In this document: in pieces, positions 5,762-13,720 of the stretch
Numbering within the stretch: the first letter of the stretch is position 1
Layout of the letters: the number at the start of each line of letters is the position of its first letter
From: an uncultured archaeon
GTDB taxonomy: Archaea > Asgardarchaeota > Jordiarchaeia > Jordiarchaeales > Jordiarchaeaceae
DNA length: 16,287 nucleotides
NCBI GenBank assembly: GCA_964510585.1
Contig: CAZECW010000021.1
Coordinates: 1-16,287, forward strand
Direction of reading: 5' to 3'
Made by a program: the position numbers and the translations under genes
The notes under the pieces: model-generated
The model's input: only the letters and a program-made list of their open reading frames with translations
What the model was told of the DNA's origin: nothing
Databases searched by the model: none

Positions 5762-7342
5762 TTGAGTGTTATGGTTAAGAAGAGAGAAGTTTCTGTTGAA
5801 ACTGAGGAGGTTAAAGGCAGGAAAAGATCGTTTATGGCTATTAGCTTGGCAAACTTTGTGGACAGGGCAGATATGCAGGCGCTTCCCACCTACTACACTT
5901 CCATAGGCCGGGAACTTGCAGTTACTCGTGGGGCTTTGGGTTTCATCACTTCAACTAGGTCAGCTATTCAAACAATTGTTGCCCCATTCTGGGGATATTT
6001 GGCAGACAGGTATTCTCGGAGAGTGGTTCTCACAATCGGTTGCTTAATTTGGGGCGCCTTTACTCTTCTGTGCGCTTATGCCGGCGATTTTACATCGCTA
6101 CTCTTCTTTAGACTATTGGCGGGATTTGGCTTGGCGACCATTATACCCACAGGTTTCTCGCTAGTTATAGATTATTTTAAGCCTGAGGATCGAGGCAAGT
6201 GGCTGGGGATTTTCCAGATGTTCGGGGTTCTGGGCGTCGCCATCGTGGTGCCTGTGTTGGGAATGCTAGACGCTCCAAGTTACACTTTCGGACTAGAATC
6301 TAACCTTTACCAACTTTACCTTTACTGGTTGGCGTATCCTCCCATACTTGACATACTAAAGGAACTCCTCTTATTTGACACATTGATGAAGTACACTGTT
6401 CACTATGGAGCTTGGAGAATGGGTTTCATACTGGTTGCGCTTATCAGCTTTATAGTAGCTGGTGTAGTGTGGTTCTTTGTTAAGGAACCTGTTAGGGGTG
6501 CGATGGAGAAGGAGCTTAAGGGCATAATTACTGTTGAAGCCGCGGAAAAGTATAAAATTGAGAGAAGAGCTGTGGGGGAGATTCTGCGAACAAGAACGAT
6601 GCAAATAATAATAATTCAGGGAATGCTCGGCTACATGCCCTGGGTTGTTTTCCAGGCTTGGCTTGTGCACTGGCTTGAAAGTGTGAGGTACATTTCGCCA
6701 AGCGACGCAACAATAGTTTTTGCACTGTTGGTGATAGGCGTGGCTCTGGGCAATGGTTTCGGGGGCTGGCTTGGAGATAAGGGTGAAAAGCGGAGTTTTA
6801 ACAGGGGCAGAATTATTGTGGCTCAGATTTCTGTGTTCTCGGGGATCCCCCTCACTTTGTTTGTGCTCACCACGCCCCTTTCTCTTGCGCATTACATGGT
6901 TCTGATGTTCATCACGGCTGTTTTGGTTAGTTGGGCTGGTCCCGCCGCTGTTCAACCAATGGTTGCCAACGTAACCAAACCCGAGGTAAGAAGCACCTCC
7001 TTCTCCATTGAGCAAATGTTTGAGGGGGGCTTCGCAGCGATAGCCGCAGTCATCACTGGATACTTGGCAGACACCATTAATGGTGGAGTGGCAGGCATAA
7101 CAATGCAAACCATCACCCCATACATAGGATACTGGCTTGGAGTTCTTCCCCTTCCTCTGTTGCTAGTTCTATTCACAGTTTCAGGACAATCGCTGACCAC
7201 GGCAATGCTCATAACAATAACTATTCCTTGGACACTTTGCCTGCTTGTGTGGTTCTTGGCATACAGATACTATCCCCAGGATAGGGGAAGAATCTTCGAA
7301 ATCTTGGAGGAAAGGCGAAAAGAAATGACCAAAAAACCCTAA
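5762..7342 (+). CDS. MFS transporter (MFS_1, spinster-like)
   Basis: ANFVDRAD in TM1, motif A GYLADRYSRR, FRLLAGFG, GWLGDKGE, about 12 hydrophobic segments. Start is TTG 5762 or ATG 5771. Confidence 0.93.
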   Translation: MSVMVKKREVSVETEEVKGRKRSFMAISLANFVDRADMQALPTYYTSIGRELAVTRGALGFITSTRSAIQTIVAPFWGYLADRYSRRVVLTIGCLIWGAFTLLCAYAGDFTSLLFFRLLAGFGLATIIPTGFSLVIDYFKPEDRGKWLGIFQMFGVLGVAIVVPVLGMLDAPSYTFGLESNLYQLYLYWLAYPPILDILKELLLFDTLMKYTVHYGAWRMGFILVALISFIVAGVVWFFVKEPVRGAMEKELKGIITVEAAEKYKIERRAVGEILRTRTMQIIIIQGMLGYMPWVVFQAWLVHWLESVRYISPSDATIVFALLVIGVALGNGFGGWLGDKGEKRSFNRGRIIVAQISVFSGIPLTLFVLTTPLSLAHYMVLMFITAVLVSWAGPAAVQPMVANVTKPEVRSTSFSIEQMFEGGFAAIAAVITGYLADTINGGVAGITMQTITPYIGYWLGVLPLPLLLVLFTVSGQSLTTAMLITITIPWTLCLLVWFLAYRYYPQDRGRIFEILEERRKEMTKKP

Positions 7343-7350
7343 AACAAAAC

Positions 7351-7370
7351 CTTCCCTCATCTTTTTTTAT
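7351..7370 (+). terminator. Pyrimidine/T-run terminator
   Basis: CTTCCCTCATCTTTTTTTAT just after the MFS stop; archaeal oligo-T type. Confidence 0.5.
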
Positions 7371-7602
7371 GAAATAATTCTTGAGGAAAAATTCTAAGAT
7401 TTTTACATTATCGGCTTTCTCTGCAACTTATGCCCCCTATTTTCACATAAAATGGATGGAAGGTGAGGTATCCAAATTGTTGATGGTGGTTTCCTCCAAC
7501 GGGTGAACTGATTAAGTATGGGTTTATGTTAAAACGGCTACGCAAAAAAGTGGGTTTGTTTCTTTTTTAATTTTAAATAGGAGTTGGGGGTAGGGGAAAA
7601 TT

Positions 7603-8403
7603 TTAGCTGCCGCTTTGTTTTAGGATGTGTTTCGCTGATTCTTCAATTTTTGGCATCAGCCTATCTAGCATCCCAAATATTCCTAGGGCGAATATGATGG
7701 TGCCCACAAGTGTTACTACAGCTTGAATTTCTGGGGATACTCTCTGGTAGAACATGTTGACCATTAATATTGTGAGTCCTAGGGCGAATCCCAATGATCT
7801 GCCGCTCCTGTTCTTCCAAGCAATGTAGTAGAAAAGTAGGATTGTTGGGGCGGAAATTAGCATAATGTATATTCCCATCGCAATTATGGGTGTGGGGGGA
7901 TACATTACGTTTAGAGGATCAAGGAAGGGCTCAATGTTTAGGAAGTATGGCAGGTTTCTAAGTAGGCTTGGGTCAAACTTTTCCGAAATAACATACCAAC
8001 TCTGTCCTATAAGCTGTCCACTTGTTATGTATGAAAGGTACTGGATGCCCAAGTATGCTTCTGTTCTGGTGTAGTCTAAAATGGAGTAGTGTATTGCTGC
8101 GATGGTGGCCACGTATGGTGGGAGCAGGTATAGTTCCCTTATTTCCATCATCGCCAGTCCTACCAGTAGTACCACGGAGAAGTCTATTAGGGATGTGAAA
8201 ACTATGTATACGTAGGGGTGGACTTGGAAAAGGTCAACGAGAATGAGGAAGTAGCCTATCCAGGTTGCTGAGAACATAGCGAAGTAAACTATTATTAGAA
8301 GAGTGACGATTTGCCTCCTTTCAAAGAAGCGTTTAGCCAGATAAGCCGCGCACACCGCGGTAGGAATTGAGCATAGTAGGACCATAGATTCATAAAACGC
8401 CAT
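7603..8403 (-). CDS. Hypothetical integral membrane protein, about 7 TM
   Basis: Seven hydrophobic segments; basic loops KRFFERR and WKNRSGRS; long loop between TM4 and TM5. Starts 2 nt after the stop of the upstream gene. Confidence 0.85.
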   Translation of the reverse strand: MAFYESMVLLCSIPTAVCAAYLAKRFFERRQIVTLLIIVYFAMFSATWIGYFLILVDLFQVHPYVYIVFTSLIDFSVVLLVGLAMMEIRELYLLPPYVATIAAIHYSILDYTRTEAYLGIQYLSYITSGQLIGQSWYVISEKFDPSLLRNLPYFLNIEPFLDPLNVMYPPTPIIAMGIYIMLISAPTILLFYYIAWKNRSGRSLGFALGLTILMVNMFYQRVSPEIQAVVTLVGTIIFALGIFGMLDRLMPKIEESAKHILKQSGS

Positions 8404-8405
8404 GG

Positions 8406-8804
8406 TTACCAGATTCCTTTTTCTTTTTTCAGTATATTTCCCATTTTGGATTTTTTATCTTCTTCGACAAGCTTTTCTAAATTATAGAAGTCGGAGAGAG
8501 CATTTATTCTTCCCCTCAGGTTTATTGCGGCGAGCCTAGCCACTTGTGGATCATTCATGACCACTATTATTCCAGTTCTCTCTGTCACCTTCATAAGGAA
8601 GGTGTTATTGTTGTGCAAACTGTCTCCCAAATGCATATCCAGTAACGGAAACCTATTGTAGTAGTCAAGAATTTCTCCAGAAACATTGCCCTTTTGACAC
8701 CAAACCTTATGATTCACGTCAACTATGGCCACCGCCTCTGGCTTCCACCTGCCCAAATTAACCTCCACAATTTCAACCAGCTTGTCGAGGTTCAATTCAG
8801 CCAT
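8406..8804 (-). CDS. Small soluble protein, possibly profilin/roadblock-like fold
   Basis: 132 aa with a helix - beta (EAVAIVDVNHKVWCQKG) - beta (FLMKV, TGIIVVM) - helix pattern. The CDS is well supported; the fold is my inference. Confidence 0.7.
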   Translation of the reverse strand: MAELNLDKLVEIVEVNLGRWKPEAVAIVDVNHKVWCQKGNVSGEILDYYNRFPLLDMHLGDSLHNNNTFLMKVTERTGIIVVMNDPQVARLAAINLRGRINALSDFYNLEKLVEEDKKSKMGNILKKEKGIW

Positions 8805-8983
8805 AGTTATTCCCTCTACCAGTAAATATACTTTTTAGTAGCTATGCTACATAATGTTTTCATCGCTTTTATATTTTTCCACGATTTTTACAATCGGCAC
8901 ATACTTTTGATTCACTTTTCCTTTCAACTTTATTTTCTTCCTTTTTAAGAAAAATTGTTTAGAGCTTTAGGTTCTCAGACTTA

Positions 8984-10045
8984 TTAATCTATTTCTTTTG
9001 GGTCTTCTCTTGGTAGTCTTTTTTCCACTGGAAGCATTGGCTTGAATTTTTTGTGTGGCTCTGTTTGGTACCAGTAGGCTGTGCTTGAGTAGTCGTCGGA
9101 GCGTCTGTTTGCATGTCCATGCTCAATTGTTACCCTGATGGATTTTTCAAAGTATATGGGGTCCTCTATGTGGAATCGGTACATGCTAATTTTTCCCGAC
9201 CAGTTTTTACCTCCGGGAACAGTTATCCCGTGGTAGGGGGCGCAGTACTCTTGGGCTGGGCAGAAGGCGGTGTTAAAGTAGTCTTCTGTTCCAGTTCCAT
9301 TTATGGTTGGTAGATTGTCGCCGTCTATGAATATCATGTCATCGCCCTCACCGTACCAGTTCCAGTTCTCTCTTGTTAATCTGAGGTTGTGGATGTTTAG
9401 GTTGCATCCTACGTAGTGTCCCTTACCCTCGGCTTCCAAGATTACATAGTTTCCTTTGCCGTCAAGATTTTTTCCTCCGAAGAGGTATTCCCAGTTGTCC
9501 ATTCCAAAGTCGGGTATGCCCTCACAGGGGTTTTCTCTATTCCAGGTTGCGTGGAACCTGCCAAGATTCTCCTCGAGTTTGGTGTATTCCTCATAGTCTA
9601 TGTAGTAGTAGAATATCATTGCCTGTTCTGACTCGTTAACAATTTCTATGACTGCTCTTTTGGAGAAGGGCATGGGGAAGAAGCAGTTAAATCCTCTACC
9701 GTTCTCTGGAGACATGGTGAGGGGTAGGGAGACGAAATTTTTGCGTATGGCGTGGCCTATTCCAAAGAAGTCTCCTATGGGTACCTCAACAGAAGGATTT
9801 TCCTCGTCGTCCCAGAACATCCGAATAAGAATCTTTCTCAGGTAGTATGGTGCTGAGCAATCCATGGTGACCCAAATGTGAGTTATGCAGCCCGCACCCC
9901 TAATATCAGCAATAGTGGCACTCTCCCGACTTTTTATTATCAAATAGTCGTCGTTGCCACCACTCTTATCCCAACTGGATACTCGTCTCCTTTTACAGTT
10001 CCTCAACCTTGGTAGGTCGCGTAGAGAACTTCCAATCCAACTCAA
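8984..10045 (-). CDS. Glycoside hydrolase family 172 (DUF2961)
   Basis: RRVSSWDKSGGNDD, GAGCITHIWVT, VEVPIGDFFG, WYGEGDDMIFIDG, GTGTEDYF, YRFHIEDPIYF, DDYSSTAYWYQ. GGAGGT at 10057-10052 favours TTG 10045 over 10051. Confidence 0.93.
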   Translation of the reverse strand: MSWIGSSLRDLPRLRNCKRRRVSSWDKSGGNDDYLIIKSRESATIADIRGAGCITHIWVTMDCSAPYYLRKILIRMFWDDEENPSVEVPIGDFFGIGHAIRKNFVSLPLTMSPENGRGFNCFFPMPFSKRAVIEIVNESEQAMIFYYYIDYEEYTKLEENLGRFHATWNRENPCEGIPDFGMDNWEYLFGGKNLDGKGNYVILEAEGKGHYVGCNLNIHNLRLTRENWNWYGEGDDMIFIDGDNLPTINGTGTEDYFNTAFCPAQEYCAPYHGITVPGGKNWSGKISMYRFHIEDPIYFEKSIRVTIEHGHANRRSDDYSSTAYWYQTEPHKKFKPMLPVEKRLPREDPKEID

Positions 10046-10309
10046 ATTCAAACCTCCTTAAATCACACTCTTTTCAAATATCACTCCTCAATTAAAGACT
10101 GTCGGAGTAGACCTATTATATTTTACAGCCTCCATTTTTTAATTTACGCCCCCATCAAATTTAGATGCGAGACTACCATTTAAGCGAATAAACCAACTTA
10201 TCAAGTGGAGTGAGAAAAAACAATAGGGAAAACAGGGTATCCTAACGGGAGAATAGAAAAAACTATAATTTGGACGTGGGACAAAAGGAGAATAGCAAGA
10301 GAATGATAC

Positions 10310-11386
10310 CTATTTCCCTCTTTTTTCTGTCTTCTCTTTTAGCATATTTATTATGAATGCTTTGTTGTCTGGAATCTCAGAGATATGTTCCTCTGGCCTT
10401 CTCACCAATTTTATAGCTTCGTTTGGACACGTGGGATAACACACCCCGCATCCCACACACCTGTGCTCATCTATTTCCGCGAATTCTTTTACCGTTATTG
10501 CTTCCATAGGGCAGCGTTCGGCGCAGGTTCCGCAGGCCGTGCACAAGTTGGTGTTTACCGTGCTGACATAGTTTGATCTTGCTAAAGCTCTAGGTAGTTT
10601 AGCTAATTTGAGAGCTCTGAAGAAGATGCAACAGTCAGAGCAGCAGTTACATATGGTTGCTATTTTTCCCTGGTGATTTTCAGTCACATGTACTAGGCCT
10701 TCCTGGTTTGCTTTTCTCAGGATTTCTAGCGTTTCTTCTCTGGTGATCTCTCTGCCCATTCCGTGCTCCACAATGTATTGTCCCATACTATCAAAATGTA
10801 GGCAAACCTCTAGAGAATGGTTGCATCCTCCGCCCGTATATCGGGCGATCTGTCTACAAGGGCAATTAGCTACGGCGAAAAACTTGTTTGCCTTAAGTAG
10901 CTCTTTGATATCCTCATAGGGGGTTATTTGTGAGCCGTGGGATATGGAAATATCTACGGGTATCACCCTAAGAATGGATTGTTTCCGGTCACCAATCTCA
11001 TAGGCAAACTTTTTTTCAAAGTAATTCTTCCAGAGAGGAGCAAGTTTCAAGACTATATCATTCTTCCTCCCAGGCCAGAAGGGAGTCTCAGAAAAGCCCA
11101 CAATCGAAGGCAGTAAACGGTATAACTTTTTACCTTCACGCTCCACGGCGAAAACGGTTCCCTTATCTGCCATTTTTTCCAGCCTTTTTCTAAGCCTATC
11201 CGGGTCCTCTTTAAGCTGGGCGGCTATCTCCTCAAGGGTCTGGATAACCAGCGGCAGTTTCAGGGCTAACTCGGCCTCTTCTGGGGTATAAAGGACTTTG
11301 AGAATTTCCAGTGCCTCCTCGCTTTTAGGAAACCCTATCGGCCACTCGTCAAGCTTCCTTCTTAATCTCTCATATACATCCTCCAA
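10310..11386 (-). CDS. 4Fe-4S dicluster protein with an N-terminal HTH-like region and extra Cys clusters
   Basis: C-terminal CTACGTCAERCP and CVGCGVCYPTCP; internal CPCR, CLHF, ICNCCSDCC; N-terminal LYTPEEAELAL. Confidence 0.88.
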   Translation of the reverse strand: MEDVYERLRRKLDEWPIGFPKSEEALEILKVLYTPEEAELALKLPLVIQTLEEIAAQLKEDPDRLRKRLEKMADKGTVFAVEREGKKLYRLLPSIVGFSETPFWPGRKNDIVLKLAPLWKNYFEKKFAYEIGDRKQSILRVIPVDISISHGSQITPYEDIKELLKANKFFAVANCPCRQIARYTGGGCNHSLEVCLHFDSMGQYIVEHGMGREITREETLEILRKANQEGLVHVTENHQGKIATICNCCSDCCIFFRALKLAKLPRALARSNYVSTVNTNLCTACGTCAERCPMEAITVKEFAEIDEHRCVGCGVCYPTCPNEAIKLVRRPEEHISEIPDNKAFIINMLKEKTEKRGK

Positions 11387-11599
11387 ATCTGGTAACCCCT
11401 AAACAAATTTTCTAACTTGAACTGTTAAGTATCTCATAAAGCTTATGCCTTAAAAATGATGTCATTTTTTTAAAACTTTTCGTTAATAAAACCAAATATT
11501 AGTAAGGGTTTAAGTAACACCAGTTTTGGCACTTCCCCACATAGTGTGGAGCTTTCCTCGCCCGGACATCATCGTAGAGGGTTTAAGGCGAGGGAAAGG

Positions 11600-12052
11600 C
11601 TATTTCATGTGTTCCCAAAGTATGGCTCCGCTTATGAGTCCAAGTAAGCCTCCGAAGTTAAAGAAGGCGAAGAATCCCATTAATCCGAATATGGTTAAAG
11701 TTACTGCGTACCACTTGTTGCCTGTCCATATACCTATGGAACTTAGAAGCATGACGAAACCGTGAACCGCAACTATGACTCCGAAGGTGTACAGGTCCCA
11801 AATAATTGCGCCCACATAGTAGCCTCCCAACGGTCCCAGGGAAATTGAATTGATGAAGGAAAAAAAGAATGTGGAGAAATATGTCATAAGCTGCTCCAAA
11901 AACTGTGGAAAGAGAATAGAAAGCCCCATCAAAAGTAGAATGTTCCCCCTCATACTAACACCCACTAGCATTATCACAAGCCCACTCAACACTCCATATA
12001 AACCACCAATACACCCCAACAAAACAAACGCCTTCTGCGAACCAGAACCCAT
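11600..12052 (-). CDS. Small membrane protein, paralog of 12230-12670
   Basis: LGCIGGLYGVLSG ... VHG ... FFNFGGLLGLISG. ATG 12052 (after GAGGG) is preferred over TTG 12079. Confidence 0.82.
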   Translation of the reverse strand: MGSGSQKAFVLLGCIGGLYGVLSGLVIMLVGVSMRGNILLLMGLSILFPQFLEQLMTYFSTFFFSFINSISLGPLGGYYVGAIIWDLYTFGVIVAVHGFVMLLSSIGIWTGNKWYAVTLTIFGLMGFFAFFNFGGLLGLISGAILWEHMK

Positions 12053-12229
12053 ACAGTAGCCCTCAACTCTATCATTCAACTACCACTACTTGGATTCCAC
12101 ACTTAAAAATGCTACCCCAATCTCAAGCGGAACATGCTAAGCCTCTATTTCAAGATTAAAAAAAGGAGAGCAAAACAAAGAAAAAGGAGAAGGTTTTTTA
12201 GGGGTGGTTTGTCTGTGAGGGCTCGTTGT

Positions 12230-12670
12230 TTACTTGCCTTTGTAGTAGAGTACAAGGCCAGCGATGAGTGCCAGTAGTCCTCCAAGGTTGAAGATGAGGA
12301 AACCAATGAATCCTATAATCGCCATTAGAATTGCGCCCCACATCTGTCCACGCATTGCGACGAATGCACCAAGGAGTATGAGTAAACCGTGAATTATGAC
12401 AATGATTCCGAGGATGGATAGAGCTGAGCTCGCCTGTAAACCTAAAAGTGGGGCAAGCGGACCGAAGGTGAAGGCGGCCAGAGTCGGAGAGACGTACTGA
12501 ATAATCGCGAGAATCTGTGAAAGGTATTCGGGATAGAGGTAACTCAACAGTAGAACATTGTTGATTGTGTTAGCTGCGCCTACTCCTGCTATGGCAATGG
12601 CTATTCCGGAGAGGATTCCGTAGAGTCCACCCAAGATGCCTAAAATTGCCCAAGCCTTTTCTTCTGCCAA
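12230..12670 (-). CDS. Small membrane protein (DUF4064-like), paralog of 11600-12052
   Basis: LGILGGLYGILSG ... IHG ... IFNLGGLLALIAG; GGAGG upstream of the TTG start. Confidence 0.85.
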   Translation of the reverse strand: MAEEKAWAILGILGGLYGILSGIAIAIAGVGAANTINNVLLLSYLYPEYLSQILAIIQYVSPTLAAFTFGPLAPLLGLQASSALSILGIIVIIHGLLILLGAFVAMRGQMWGAILMAIIGFIGFLIFNLGGLLALIAGLVLYYKGK

Positions 12671-12762
12671 GAGTTTTTCCTCCTACATTCTCCCCAGCTT
12701 GATTGGGGGGGGTTTTTACCTAAAGCGAATTATTCTATACTTTTCTATTTTCCTATTTTTCC

Positions 12763-12778
12763 TTTATAAGCTTTATCG
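12763..12778 (-). promoter_or_regulatory. BRE/TATA upstream of the membrane-protein paralog
   Basis: Minus strand CGATAAAG-CTTATAAA, about 95 nt before the start codon. Confidence 0.5.
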
Positions 12779-13458
12779 CCAAGGAATCCAACCATTACGA
12801 CAATTGCATAATCAACACAAAACTCCACAATTATGCAGATTTCTATTCCGAACCTCTGCACCACCATACCCCTCTTTGAAAATTTCGCAAAAACCCCCCA
12901 AAAAAACAGAGACCCCCAAACAAGCATCATAAACCAAATATGCCTACATCCCACTTAGGCATCGCAACCATATGTATTTGTTTCGCAGTTTTTCACTAAC
13001 TCCTATTTTAAATAAGGCCTCTTGATTTTTGGACATTTCTTGCTTGACGGCTGAAGGCGACGTTTCATTTTCACCTCAAATATTTATCATATTAAGTATT
13101 CGTGTAAAAATTTTTGAAATATGAAAAAAAGCAAGCCAACAATAACCATAAATAAGCCAAACAATCGGAGCCAACATTGAACATACGGAACTCACACTTT
13201 ACTAATGTAAACCTAGGTCTTTTCCACACTTAAAAGCCCATCTTAGACTTAGACATTTTTACTCCCCACGAACCTACCCACACGAAGTAACGCAGAGTTA
13301 ACCTCGCCAACACACCAACAAAAAACTTAGAAAAAACAAAAGCAACCACAAATAGAAAAAGTTAAAGGAAAAAAACAAAATCGATCCAGAACCAGACCCC
13401 AAAAAAACACAAAAACACCAAAACCAAGAGAAAACCACCCAAAAACCCCTCGAAAATG

Positions 13459-13475
13459 TTAGGTTAGGTTAGGTT
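13459..13475 (+). repeat. (TTAGG)3TT short tandem repeat
   Basis: TTAGGTTAGGTTAGGTT read directly. Confidence 0.9.
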
Positions 13476-13720
13476 GTTTTCCCTCCCAGAATCGCCATAA
13501 ACACCCAAAAAGCCACAATTCCCTCCAACGAAAAAGGGAGAAAAAACAGGGCAAAAACCTCTAAACAAATCTAACATTGTCAAGATAAAAAGAACCAAAA
13601 ATTTCCCAAAAACTTCAGATAAAAAACGCGAAAAAAGTTGAAATATTAAAAAGTAGTAAATACATAATAAGGTCAATATTACTAAACCTTAGAATTCTAA
13701 CTGAAGGAAGAATGTAGAGA

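Noticed and set aside
7603-8403. Rhodopsin or GPCR call for the 7-TM protein
   Set aside because: No Lys in the last helix and no GPCR motifs; TM count alone is not homology.
13459-13475. Telomeric repeat interpretation of (TTAGG)3
   Set aside because: Only three internal copies in an archaeal intergenic region; the resemblance is probably coincidental.
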